The position numbers and the translations under genes are program-made. This document shows, piece by piece, positions 46,151-61,540 of a DNA stretch of 64,000 bases; the stretch's first letter is position 1; each line of letters opens with the position of its first letter. The notes under the pieces were generated by a model. That model worked only from the letters and a program-made list of their open reading frames with translations. It made no database searches and was not told where the DNA came from. Source of the DNA: the human T2T-CHM13v2.0 reference genome, Homo sapiens; the NCBI RefSeq assembly GCF_009914755.1, contig NC_060925.1. One strand, written 5' to 3'.

Positions 46151-48659
46151 CCCTGCTGGTTTATCAGTGAACATAAACTCCAAATTTACCAAAAGCGAGG
46201 TATTCAAAAGGTATGAACTGACTTAAAATGCTCCTCAGGCACCTAAGTAAAAGCCACAGGGTTGAAAGCAAACCAGCCTTAAAAAGGCCCACCGTTTCGC
46301 CACCTACCTGGATCAGGTGTATGCAATACACTTGAGCTTTGTCAGCTAACCCAATTATGCCCAATCTTTTAGGCCAACCCTTAACAAATTTAATACCTTC
46401 TATTACCAGCCCAAGAGCACAGTCATGATACAGAAACACTTTTCTGCAAACTGTTAGTAAATCTCTACTACACCTTACAACAGTCCACATTTTAACTACT
46501 AATAAAGCACTGAAGTTGGGTGAGGATCTGATGGAACAAGTGGATCTTCTAGTCGGCTCCTATTCCACTTTAAGGCCTAAGGTTGGCAGTTAATGCCCAG
46601 TCAAATCAGATTAGGTAATACGTGAAGAAATTGTTCACAATTCAAAAAAGAGAAATCCTGAATAAACATTCAGAGAAGTGTCCCCTAAAAAGTAAGGATC
46701 ATTCAACTATGAAATGAGTTAACATGGGAAACCAAGATTCTCTGTAGGAAATAGTTTAATGGGATAGGTGTGCATCCATAAAGAAACTGCTATGCATTGA
46801 GGTGGGGAAAAATGCTTTAACCGTCACCATTAGCACCATAATCAGTCAGTCAGTCAAGCAACCAGGCAACCATTACTTATGGAGTTGCTACTATGGGCAC
46901 AACTCTGCAGCAGTCAAAATAAAATGTGAGGTATGATTCCATCAAGAGAAATATTTATTATATGCTTGGAGAAACAAACATGAAGAGAATACAAAGCAAT
47001 ACATGAAAAGAAATACATAAGGCAAACTAATAATGGGAGAATTTCTCTCTGAGTTCCCATATATATTACAGGAATAAAAATCTAAGGAGCAATCAATCAG
47101 AATAGAATTTTATTTCTTCCAACTTTTAGAAGCTGAAAAGATTTGGAGGACTATAAAATGTACACAGGCAAATAATCCACGGCAGTAGTAATAACTGATG
47201 AGAGATTATTAAAAACACACTAAAGCCTCAAACGTCAGCAATGTTTATCATCCTATTTCATTAAAACATATTCACTAATTAATTTCAGTAACCAGAGTTA
47301 ATTTAACAAGTCACTGTGCTAGGCTTTTACTGAATGAGTCAAAAGGAAACACATAAAAATACTCAAAGATTTCTTATATAAAGCAACAGGACTGGATGCA
47401 AGCTCTAAGGGCAGCTGTTTAACAATGAAAAAACTGGGACTGAAATCAAGTTTGTGACTGAAAATAGGCACATTGAGCTCTGTAGTCACCTCTATTTATA
47501 GTACTGTAATAAAAGCCACATATTGGGTTAAATCAATGTCCTCCCATCCCTTAGATAACCCACTCTACCATACAACAAATTTATAACTGAAGATGTAGGG
47601 TGATAATTCACATTAATTCAGCAAATATTTACTGAGTTATGATGCTGTGCTCAGTGCCTGAAATGCTAAATTTAATAAGACATAGACCCAGCATTTTTTG
47701 TTTGTTTTTTTAAATAAAGACACAGTCAAGTCCAAGTCCCTGATCTGAAAGAGCTCATGTTATAGAGAATTTCTCACTTTGTAGGGAGAGAAAAAGTATT
47801 CCTTTAAAAATAAAGTTCCTTGAAACAGTCCTGTTTTCCAATCATTAACTACCTAACCAGGAAGATAGCGAATTGGAAAACCACCACATTTGCTTATAAG
47901 AACTGAATGGAATATGAATTGGAAATAAAAATGAAATATCTCTAAAACCGTCATGCTATACTGGATTGAATGTACATCAAGAAATTGTATTTCCAGTCCT
48001 ACATTGAGAAATTTTATTTACACAAAATCTATTACACAAAGCAAGATATAACCAGCTAATATTTCATTGAGCTATTACCAAATGTTAAGAGGTTTCCTAG
48101 AAAGAAATGAGTTCTATTAAAAGCTTTAGGGACACTGAGCCTCCAAATGCTATAGAAAAGCCAGATACTAAAGAAAAGCCAGATACTGCCTTGAGGCAAA
48201 AATGCTAGAAAGTGATAGAATGCGTTCTTTACAATTTGCAGCTAGGTTATTACCCATGATAAATTGATAACCATTCATTAACTTTGAGAGCAATAGACAA
48301 CTGGCAGGCTATTTCATGCCTCAAAGAATTTATGGCAAAAATGACAGGTGACTTTGAATTCTGAAAAGGTTTCTTGGAAATTATTACTTTCATGCATTCC
48401 TTTAAATAAACTTGGAGGCAGATATAGGTATTTGCTGCTGATATGAATTAAAGGTCATGATTTTCTACATCAATGATAAAAGAATTAATGTTTATCGGTT
48501 GCATCAGTCTGTCAATCAACAACAGATACGTGAATCAGGCACTTAAAGTATATCCTGATAGCTGATATCCACTCTGAGTCATAGCAGGGAAAAACTATGC
48601 AAAAATACATCAATAACCTATATTAAAACAGTACAATTAAGAGTAGGAATTATGTTTGC

Positions 48660-49270
48660 AGGTTCTTTGCTGGCCACCTCCTTGGTACCTACCACAATGT
48701 TGGTAATCCCAAAGGAATTTGTCTCTGGCCCAATTTTCTTCTCATTCTCCCTGTTTCTAAGCTGATATATATCTAAGCCTTCAGCTATCACCTATCTCTA
48801 CCTTCTCCAGGAATATCTCTCTCTTGAGTTGCTCCGATTGTCAACCCTGGCTTCACATTAGCATTACCTCAGTCGATCTTAAGACATACCAAACTGTGTC
48901 CCTGTGTCATATAAATTAAATCAGTATCTCTACGAATAGGACCAAGGCATGAATTTGTTGTTTAGTTTCCCTAATAGGCACACAAGGTCGAGACCCACTG
49001 CTTTTCTAGATCCATCACTCCAGCCATCTCCTGGACTGGTCAGCTCCACCTGAATATCTCACAGGCACCTCAAATTTCCCATGTAACATACCTACTCATC
49101 CACCAACACCAAGCTAAAGCATTTTCTCCTCTGCCCTAACTGACCCCAGGAGCATTAGGCAGTCCTTCCACCTAGCTTCCACAGTATTCTGTCTATGCCT
49201 CTGTTGAAGCATTTAGCACCATTTATTATAACTTATATTTTCCCCATAAGACTGTTTCTTTGTCCTGCTT
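48660..49270 (+). mobile_element. L2 fragment with a nested MER5-like MITE (about 48830-49000)
   Basis: CTCCACCTGAATATCTCACAGGCACCTCAAATT; AACCCTGGCTTCACATTAG...GAGACCCACTG. Confidence 0.6.
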
Positions 49271-49891
49271 TGTTTTAATATGCGAAGAACCCACAAATGA
49301 GTGGGACCAGAAGGTGAGTGATAGCCAAAATCCAAAGAGAAATCAAATATCTATAATCAGGTCTAAGGAGTCATTGCAAGGTTGGAAAACTGGAGACATG
49401 GCTAAGGTATCATTAAGCAGGCAGACACAAGATCAAAGTTATGAAGGAGGACACAAGGGGATGGGAATGGTGTACCCAGGGCTTAGCTTTATTAAATTCC
49501 ACCTAGTACACCGAATGGACCAGACTAATCCAAATCTGGCTCTAGGTTAAAGAAAATGGTCCTGTAAAGTCTACTTCCCCAAAGAATATCGAATTTAAGT
49601 TCTCCTTTGTGCTTTCACTTCTACAGCCTTATATGGAGCCTTCCATCTCTTGAGTAGACTTTTTTTCCTTTTCTTGTATAGACTTTTAAAACAGCATCTT
49701 AATTCATGTCCATACTGATCATCTCTGGCCACTTCAGGCTAACACTGACCACAGAGTTATATTTCAGAAGAATAAATCTTTCGAGAGGTGAATGTTCAAG
49801 GGTAAGAATAGAGAAAAAATAAAAACATAAAATAAAATAATAAATCTTCTCCCTCATCACTCCTCTATTGGAAACTCTCAGGTGACTCTTA

Positions 49892-50200
<309 letters not shown>

Positions 50201-51011
50201 CTACCATGGCCTATACAGCCTTTCTCAACTTGGCTGTAACCAATACCTCCAACCATTCTCCCACATAATCAATACTACATTCACAATCAATATTCTCCAT
50301 CTGTTCACAACTTAGTGCTTTTATACAAGCTGTGCGTACAGCAGAAGTACCCAATCCACTGCCTACCTACTATCCAAAATTTACAGATCCTGCAGAAATA
50401 GCTCAAATGCTACCTCTTCAGTAAGGCTATTTATAACTACACCAGAATAAATGGACATCCTCATTCACTACTGATTCTTTCCAAAAGTTTTTCTGGAGGC
50501 CCTACTATGTGACAGTCACTAGCATAAACTTTCCTATAGTATTTTGTTCAAACTTGAGTTATGACAGTTACGATGTTATATTTAAAACGTATGTGATTTT
50601 ATCACCTGCATCTGTCTGTTCATTTCCTGAAGATAACAAGCATTATTTTCTGGTCCAACTTTCCTGTTTTTCTGACTTGGGTCCAAGAGGGGCTCAGGAC
50701 TCCATGTTGTGCCTAATAAAGACTTCCCTGATGGCAGGTCACAGCTGTGGGCACCCGAGGGTCAGGCTACAAGGACAGATATTAAAATAATGACTGAGCC
50801 CACATGTAGAATATAAATAGTGAGCCAAGAAAGTGAAGAAAGGTCAAAAGGCAAAGTATTCAGGTCTTCCATCTCAGATGAGAAAAGGAGAGTTAAAAGT
50901 GAGAAACAAGACAAGCAGAGTTGGAAAAACTGAAGACTAATTCTGAAGTGATATCATCAACATAGCTCATCTGTGCATGACTTGATATACTTTGCTGGAA
51001 CAAGGCCATAA

Positions 51012-51360
<349 letters not shown>

Positions 51361-51572
51361 GGAAAAGTCATTCTAAATACAGTACATTATATCCATCTTT
51401 GTAACTATTCTGCAGCCTAACCTAGTGCCAGGAACATGTGTTGTGAAAATGTGCTGAATTAACACTTTTGTAAGTAATGATTATAACATACACGCATATA
51501 TTCTATGTGTATTCATCTGACCCAGTAGGCAAAACAAAGCTACTGGAAATACTGAACTGTAGAATAGGATGT

Positions 51573-52302
51573 TGATATGGTTCAGCTCTGTGTCCCCACC
51601 CAAATCTCATATCCAATTGTAATCCCCGTGTGTTGAAGGAGGGGCCTGATGGGGGGGTGACTGAATCATGGGGGCAGACTTCCCCGTGCTGTTCTCCTTA
51701 CAGAGTTCTCGCAAGATATTGTTGTTTGAAAATGTGTAGCACGTCCCCCTTCACTCTCTCCTGCTCTGCTGTTCTCGTGATAGTTCTCGCGAGATCTTGT
51801 TATTTGAAAGTGTGTGACACGTCCCCCTTCACTCTCTCCTGCTCTGCTGTTCTCGTGATAGAGTCCTCAAGAGATCTTGTTATTTGAAAGTGGCTCCTGC
51901 TCTGCTGTTCTCATGATAGAGTTCTCGCGAGATCTTATTTAAAAGTGTGTAGCACGTCCCCATTCACTCTCTCCTGCTCTGCTGTTCTCCTGACAGAGTT
52001 CTCGCGAGATCTTGTTACTTGAGAGTTTGTGGCACGTCCCCCTTCACTCTCTTGTTCTGCTATTCTCGCAATAAGAGTTCTCGTGAGATCTTGTTATTTG
52101 AAAGTGTGTGGCACGTCCCCCTTCACTCTCTCCTGCTCTGTCATGGTAAGATTTCCCTTCTCCTTCGCTTCCAGTTTCCTGAGACCTCCCAGCCATGCTT
52201 CCTGTACAGCCTGCGGAACTGTGAGTCAATTAAACTGCTTTTCTTCATAAATTACCCAGTCTCAGGTAGTTTTTTACAGCAGTGTGAGAACAGACTAATA
52301 CA
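51573..52302 (+). mobile_element. MSTA-like MaLR solo LTR with an internal six-unit tandem expansion
   Basis: TGATATGGTTCAGCTCTGTGTCCCCACCCAAATCTCAT start; GAGAACAGACTAATACA end; about 730 bp versus roughly 430 bp expected. Confidence 0.92.
51687..52140. repeat. Minisatellite, ~80 bp x 6, carrying TCTCGCGAGA
   Basis: Units start at 51687, 51767, 51845, 51903, 51980, 52058. Confidence 0.95.
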
Positions 52303-54189
52303 GGTATCTTATCTGAAACCAGTGACTTGAAACTACTAACTCATGGCATACAGTAAATATCAAAAGACTAATTTATTCTACCACCTATAAGTCACATACA
52401 GTATTAAAGCCTGGAACCAAAATGTAAAACAATCAGGAGCTTTGGAAATAAACTGTCACGTGAACTGAAGATTCTTCTGTCATTTGGCTGCAGAGGAAAC
52501 CATTCCGCCACCCAAAAAAAAAAAAAAAAAAAAAGCCACAAAGAAAGAAGCAGGGATGAAAAAACACAAGATAACACACTTAGGCTCTTGAAGTCATTCC
52601 ACTTTCTAGTTTCATTCCCTTCCCAAATCACAAGACACACCCCTACGCTTGATTTCTGTGAGATACCCTGAATCCTTTTAATATATTCTTCTTTGCTTCA
52701 GCTAACACTGGTTTCTATTTCCTGCAAACAAACAAATTTCATACCAACCATAAGTACCACAGTGCTTTACCTCGACTGCCTTTATTATATCCAAGAACTT
52801 CATTGTCAAAAACATCTATTCCTTTTACAACTCTGATTTCACTTCTTACTCCTCTTCTCAATTACCAATTTATTCAAATATCTACTGAGCACCTGCTCTA
52901 GCACTTAGTAACAGAAAGATGAATATGTCATGGTCTCTGCACTCAAGCACAGTCTAGTCCAGTTTTTTCAAGCTGTGGATCTTGATCAATTTGTAAAATC
53001 AATTTACTTGTCCTGAGAGGAACTTTTTAATATTTGAAATATAAGAAAATTAAAATACTGCATCACAAGAAATTAAATATTATTTTCTACAGCTTTTGTT
53101 TCAGTTACATGTGTGTTTTTACTGAATAGCAATATAGTATGTATATCTCACTGTGGGTCATGAACAAAGGATTTGAAAAATACCAGTAGGCCCCTATTTC
53201 CTAATAATGTGAACAAATGCCAAGGAAGAAGTCAGTCAAAAGCTGTGCCTTAGAAAATCCTTTAGTGTTTTAATAAAAAATAATTTCAATTGGTGTTTTC
53301 CTAGTTTATGTTGATTTCATAAGTACTTGAAAACAGTTGTTGGTTTGCCTCAAGTAGATTAAACATTCCGTCTTGTTTATAGTTTTAATTAGCTAAACAA
53401 ATCCTTTTCTCTTTGCCTTGAACATTACAAAGAAACTTCAAATCAGCATGTCAGAATTATTATAAACTCCTAATTAGCTAAGTACAAATTTAGTACATTT
53501 TTACCACACTTACAATGAATGCTGTCTGGGCTAAATAAACCCCAATCATCATAAGAGTATCTATCAGCTACAAGGCTACAAGCCATGACAAGTTAGCCTG
53601 AAGAAAAGACCATGAGGCAGAAGACAGCTGTGCTCAAATATTATTAAAGGCATAAAATGACTCTAAATTGTTTAAGGTAACTTCTGAAAAACGTAAGTTA
53701 AAGAGAATGTAGCAATACATCAAATAAGCGTTGGGCATCTTGTAGGATTTCTTGTATTAATAATCTGATTTTGTTTCAAGGAAAATTAATTCAAGCATGT
53801 TTATTCTCTAGTTTAAAGGCTGTCCATCTTTATCAGATAGTGGAAATTATCTGAAATTAGTGGAAATTAGTGGGAAAAAAAGTGGAAATTAGTCAACAAG
53901 AATATTTCCTAAATACCTAGTACATGTAGCTCCAGGTATTATGCAGAACACTACATATTTCTGGAAAAGTCATAAAATACTTCCAAATTATATACATGTT
54001 ATTATGTTAAAATCCATAGTAAAAACTTAGAACAATTTTAGTGCCAAAAATAATCACATCATAAACATGTTTCTATAGAAAAATAGAAATCATATAAAGC
54101 ACAGCAATCTATTTCCATGTGTTTTCAAAAACATATACTTGCTACTTATCTATTTGTTTTGCTAGAGAGAATTAGGTAACTAAAGGCTA

Positions 54190-54348
<159 letters not shown>

Positions 54349-54773
54349 TTAAAATTGAGAAAATGTATTCGCAAACTTTGTTTTCTCAGACACAGGAAAA
54401 GTACCACTATTAGTTGGTTTTCACAGAGCCACACACTTTTGGCATACCTGTGTTCACGTATTCATTCTCATTTATTCTAAATTAATTGATTGTCTGCCTA
54501 ATTCTAGAGACATAAAGATGAAGGTACTCACAGTTTAGAAAAGGAACAAACGTATAAACCAAATGTAATTTAATTTGCAAAGTGCAACACAGAGTAGAGT
54601 ACCTAATCCAGGCTAGTGTGGTAGGGAGGGCAAGGAAGGCTTCCACAAAAGAGGTGAAATCTAAAACAAAGGATAGGAGGCATCCAGGTGAAGGTTTGGT
54701 TTCTGAACACTTTTACGTGTGTGGAGGTGTGGAAAGCCTAGCATTGTGAGTACGGGCATGGCAAGAAGAATTC

Positions 54774-54897
54774 GCCTGCTGGGTACAGTGCATCCTCCCG
54801 CGGGGCCTGCTGGGTACAGTGCATCCTCCCGCGGGGCCTGCTGGGTACAGTGCATCCTCCCGCGGGGCCTGCTGGGTATAGTGAATTCTCCCGTGGA
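54774..54897. repeat. GC-rich minisatellite, 31 bp x 4 (first three identical)
   Basis: GCCTGCTGGGTACAGTGCATCCTCCCGCGGG. Confidence 0.97.
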
Positions 54898-55399
54898 TGC
54901 TGCAGGACCCCATGCCTAGAGGTCTGGAGAACTGTGCTCCACAGTGATCAGCGGTACCCCCATCCTTGGACCTGCCTCTCCCACGACTCCATGGGGGCCT
55001 GGCCTCAAGTCATAGGCCCCCGACTGTGCCACTGTGTCCACTGGTAATTGTACACCTGAGCAATGGAAGGGTCACACAGACCCCACCACCCACAAAACTG
55101 CATCTCAGATCACCCCATCTCTGGGCGCATCCCTTGACCCCGAGGCTCGGAGGGCAGAAGAATCACCATCAGGCCATCTGGTATAGCTGAAACAAACTCA
55201 GCCTGGAGCTGAGAGAAGGGTCAGAACTGGAGGGCTACACAAACACACTAAGGATTTTGGATTTTATGTTGTAAGAAATCAGGATTCAGAGAAATCTTAG
55301 ATAGCTCACTCTATGAGCTAACAAAAAACAGATTAGTAAATAAGAAATGAGAATTAAGAAACATTTTAGGTCGAAATGAGATACATACTATACAATTTG

Positions 55400-56790
<1,391 letters not shown>

Positions 56791-56799
56791 ACAAGAAAA

Positions 56800-57088
56800 G
56801 GCCTGGTGCAGTGGCTCACTCCTGTAGACCCAGCACTTTGGGAGGCCGAGGTGGGCAAATCACTTGAGCTCAGGAGTTCAAGACCAACCTAGGCACCATG
56901 GCAAAACCCCATCTCTACTAAAAATTTAAAAACTTAGCCAGGAGTGGTGGCATGTGCCTATGATCCCAGCTACTCGGGAGGCTGAGGTGGGAGGCTCACT
57001 TCAGCCCAGGAGGCGGAGGTTGCAGTGAGCCATGACTGCTCCACTGCACTCCAGCCTGGGTGACAGAGACAGACCCTGTCTCAAAAAA
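56800..57088 (+). mobile_element. AluJb/S
   Basis: Dimeric Alu; degenerate TSD ending ACAAGAAA. Confidence 0.93.
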
Positions 57089-57540
57089 AGGTATACAAGA
57101 AAGACAGAAAATATTCAATAGCATAAGTTTCCAAGAAGGCCAAAATACACGGGATCCAGGACCCATGTGAAGGGTTTAGCCCCTCCTCTCCACGATGGTG
57201 TCTAGGTAAACTGTTTGTGTGTCTGTAGGACAGTGGTTGAGGAAACACTCTTGGAGCCACACAGCATCCTCTAAATTCTCAGTTTTCTGGCTCACTGTGT
57301 TAAGATTAGTCTGGACTTATCAATAAATTGTTAGCCACTAAAGTACAACTGGTTCTGTGTAGTCTTTTTTTCCCCCATGGATCTGTTAATGTTTATTTAT
57401 TAGTACTAGCATCTTCCTTTGTTCTCTGTGTTAAAGCAAAGAAAGAAGAGGGTTTTGTCATATAATCTGATTTTAGCTTGACTTGGGAAACTTGAGATTG
57501 TCATTTAATATATCTTCTTGCTTTAAGAAATAAATTCCTT

Positions 57541-57617
57541 GTGTTTACAATTAATTGATCACAACCAGCTATGGATTTCTTTGTTCCTTCGCCACTCCCA
57601 CTGCTTTACTTGACAAG
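57541..57617 (+). pseudogene. RNY3P: Y3 RNA processed pseudogene, 5'-truncated
   Basis: GTGTTTACAATTAATTGATCACAACCAGCTATGGATTTCTTTGTTCCTTCGCCACTCCCACTGCTTTACTTGAC matches hY3 from about nt 20; A-rich tail; TSD AAATTCCTT(G) at 57532 and 57634. Confidence 0.93.
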
Positions 57618-58115
57618 AAAAAAAGAAACAAAGAAATTCCTTGAAAATGAGGAATACAAACTGCAGGGATAAAATATAAATCAAACAAAAGCATCTCAGC
57701 TAAACCTCTTTTTTTGTTTTCCAGATGCTACTATCCTTCAAGATGGTAATTAATAAAAGACAGAAAAATGCCTAAACACCAACTGATGTTTTCTTGTCAA
57801 ATCTGTTTCATCAGACCCAAGGGATATGGCAGGAGATGGTATTCTACAAAATAATTCGGATTCTCTTTCTAAAGACTTGAATTGTTTCAGGAAAAATAAA
57901 CGAATTCACAAATCAGTAATAATGCACTTGTAGGACTAACTATGAGCTGCCATCACTCTGTAAATGAATAAAACATAGCGGCATCTACTTCTAAAACTAG
58001 TGCCAAATACACCACTAATAACTCCTCGATGATGCAGGGAATCAGTGCTGGTAATTAACATAAATTAATGAAGGAAGTTGAAAAGTTCAGAAGAAGTATT
58101 AAAAGAACACCTATC

Positions 58116-58250
58116 GGGGCGGGGCACGGTGGCTCATGCCTGTAATCCCAACACTTTGGGAGGCTGAGGCAGGAATTGCTTGTGCCCAGGAGTACCAGAC
58201 CAGCACGAGCCTGGGGAATATAGTGAGACCATATGTCTACAAAAAAATTA
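58116..58250 (+). mobile_element. FLAM / Alu left monomer
   Basis: GGTGGCTCATGCCTGTAATCCC...ATATAGTGAGACC. Confidence 0.85.
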
Positions 58251-58284
58251 AAAATCATCTGGATTATTAAAAAATAAATAAATA

Positions 58285-59258
58285 AAAAACAGATGCTGGT
58301 AAGGCTGTGGAGAAAAGAGAACACTTAAACACTTGTTTTTTGTTTTTCATTTTTTTGAAACAGAGTCTCACTTTGTTGCCCAAGCTGGAGTGCAGTGGCA
58401 CAATCTCAGCTCACTGCAACCTTGCCTCCTGGGTTCAAGCAATTCTCGTGCGCCTGCCTACTGAGTAGCTGGGATTACAGGCAAGCACCACAACACCTGG
58501 CTAATTTTTGTATTTTTAGTAGAGATGGGGTTTTGCCACTTTAGCCAGGTTGGTCTCAAACTCCTGGCCTCGTGTGATCCACCTGCCTTGGCCTCCCAAA
58601 GTGCTGGGATTAGAGGCGTGAGCCACTGCTCCTGGCCACTTATACACTGTTGGTGGGAATGTAAATTAGTTCAACCATTGTGGAAAACAGTGTGGTGATT
58701 CCTCAAAGACCTAAAAACAGAACTATCATTTGACCAGCAATCCCATTACTTGGTATATGCCCAAGAGAATATAAATCATTCTAACCTAAAGACACATGCA
58801 CATGTATATTTACTGCAGCACTATTCACAATAGCAAAAGCTGAAATGCCCATCAATGGTAGAATGCATAAAGAAAATGTACCTATACACCATGGAATACT
58901 ATGCATGCGGCCATAAAAAGAACAAAATCATGTCCTCAGCAGGAACATGGATGGAGCTGGAGGCCATCATCCTTAGCAAACTAACACAGGAAAAGAAAAC
59001 CAAATACTGCAGGTTCTTGCTTAAAGGGGGAGCTAAATGATGAGAACACATGGACACATAAAGAGGGACAACAGACACTGGGGCCTCCTTGAGGGTGGAG
59101 GTTGGAAGGAGGGAGAGGATCAGAAAATATAACTGTTGGATACTAGACTTAATATGTGGATGACAAAATAATCTATACAACAAACCCACATCACATGAGT
59201 TTACCTATATAAAAAACCTGCACACGTATCCCTGAACCTAAAATAAAAATTTTAAAAC
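58285..59258 (+). mobile_element. Older L1PA (about PA13) 3' end with a nested minus-strand AluS (58336-58637)
   Basis: ACAGATGCTGG...CATGGAATACTATGCA...CCCTGAACCTAAAATAAAA. Confidence 0.88.
58336..58637 (-). mobile_element. AluS nested in L1
   Basis: TSD ACTTA(A/T)ACACT. Confidence 0.93.
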
Positions 59259-59266
59259 TAAACATG

Positions 59267-59770
59267 AGCTGGGCATGGTGGCACATGCCTATAGCCCCAG
59301 CTACTCAGGAGGCTGATGGGGGAGGATCACTTGAGCCCGGGAAATCAAGGCTCCAGTGAGCCATGATCATGCCACTGCACTCCAGCCTGGGCAACAGAGT
59401 GAGGCCCTGTCTCAAAAAGAATAATAATTTTTAAAATTTTTTTTTTAAAAATGCTGGGCGCAGTGGCTCACGCCTGTAATCCCAGCACTTTGGGAGGCCA
59501 AGGCAGGTGGATCACTTGAGGTCAGGAGTTCAAAATCAGTCTGGCCATCATGGCAAAACCTCATATCTACTAAAAAGACAAAAAAATTAGCCGGGAATGG
59601 GGGCGTGTGCCTGTAATCGCAGCTACTTAGGAGGCTGAGGTAGGAGAATCACTTGAGCCCAGGAGGTGGAGGTTGGAGTGGGCTGAGATCACATCACTGC
59701 ACTCCAGCCTTGGCGACAGAGTGAGACTCCATCTCAAAAAAAATAAATAAATAAAATTTAAAAATAAAAT
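59267..59770 (+). mobile_element. Alu cluster: AluJ right arm (59267-59430) and AluS (59452-59770)
   Basis: Consecutive Alu matches. Confidence 0.9.
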
Positions 59771-59904
59771 ACACTTACCAATAAAACAATGGCAAGTTGC
59801 TGTGACTCTATTACTTAGGACAGGAGAGACACATCATTTGACAGAATTAGATTTCACATACTTTAGGATGCTACCTGTTTTGCTTGAACTACCCAACATA
59901 AATA

Positions 59905-60915
59905 TAAGGGAAATAATAAAAATATAAGAGCAGAAATAAATGAAATGGAGGCTAGAAAAACAATACAAAAGATCAATGAAACAAAGAGCTGGTTTTTTAA
60001 AAAACACAAAATTGACAAACCTTTAGCTAGACAAAAAGAGGGAAGACTCGAATAAAGAAAATCAGAGATGGAAAAGGAGCTATTACAATGGAAATACTAA
60101 GGATCGTAATATTATGAACAACTATAGGTCAACCAACTCAATAACATAAAAAAAGAGATAAATTCCTAACACATACAATCCAAGATAAAAGTCTCCCATC
60201 AAAGCAAAGCCCAGGACCTGACAGCTTCACTGCTGAACTCTAAAAAGCAATTAAAGAACTAGTACTAATTCTTCTCAAACTATTCCAAAAAATGGAAGAG
60301 GAGGGAATACTTCCAAACTCATTCAAAAAAGCCAGCATTATTCTGACAGCAAAACCAGACAGACACAATAAAAGAAGAAAATTACAGACAAATATCCCTG
60401 ATTAACATAGAGGCAAAAATCCTCAACAAAATATTTGTAAACCAAATTCAGCAGCACATCAAAAAGAGCACTCACCAGTACTTGCAGAGGCCAAGGTGGG
60501 CAGATCGCTTGAGCCCAGGAGTTCACGACCAGCCTGGGCAACATGGCGAAACCCCGTTTCTACTAAAATTACAAAAATTAGGCGGGCGTGGTGGCACATG
60601 CCTGTAGTCCCAACTACTCAGAAGGCTGGGTTGGGAGGATCACTTAAGCCCAGGAGGTGGAAGTTGCAGTGAGCCATGATCTCACCACTGCACTCCAGCC
60701 TGGGCAACAGAACAAGACTCTGTCTTAAAAAAAAAAAAAAAAAAGATAATTCACCATGATGGAGTGGGATTCATCCCAGGGACGCAAAGATGGTTTAACA
60801 TAAGTAAATCAATAAACATGATACATCACATTAACAGAATGAAAAACAAAAAATATATGATCATTTCTATAGATGCAGAAAAAGGCATTTGACAAAATTC
60901 AATATGCCTTTTTAA
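59905..60915 (+). mobile_element. Old L1 (L1MA/PB) ORF2 fragment with a nested AluJ (about 60468-60743)
   Basis: AGAGCAGAAATAAATGAAAT...CCCAGGACCTGACAGCTTCACTGCTGAA...ATAGATGCAGAAAAAGGCATTTGACAAAATTC. Confidence 0.85.
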
Positions 60916-60926
60916 AAACATTTACA

Positions 60927-61540
<614 letters not shown>

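Noticed and set aside
46308-46445. Minus-strand open segment ending at a CAG|GTAGGT donor, within ORF 46164-46490
   Set aside because: Weak acceptor and an unrecognisable peptide; cannot be supported as coding.
53838-53893. Short AGTGGAAATTA reiterations (NFAT-like GGAAA)
   Set aside because: Low-complexity slippage; the motif is too short to be meaningful without data.
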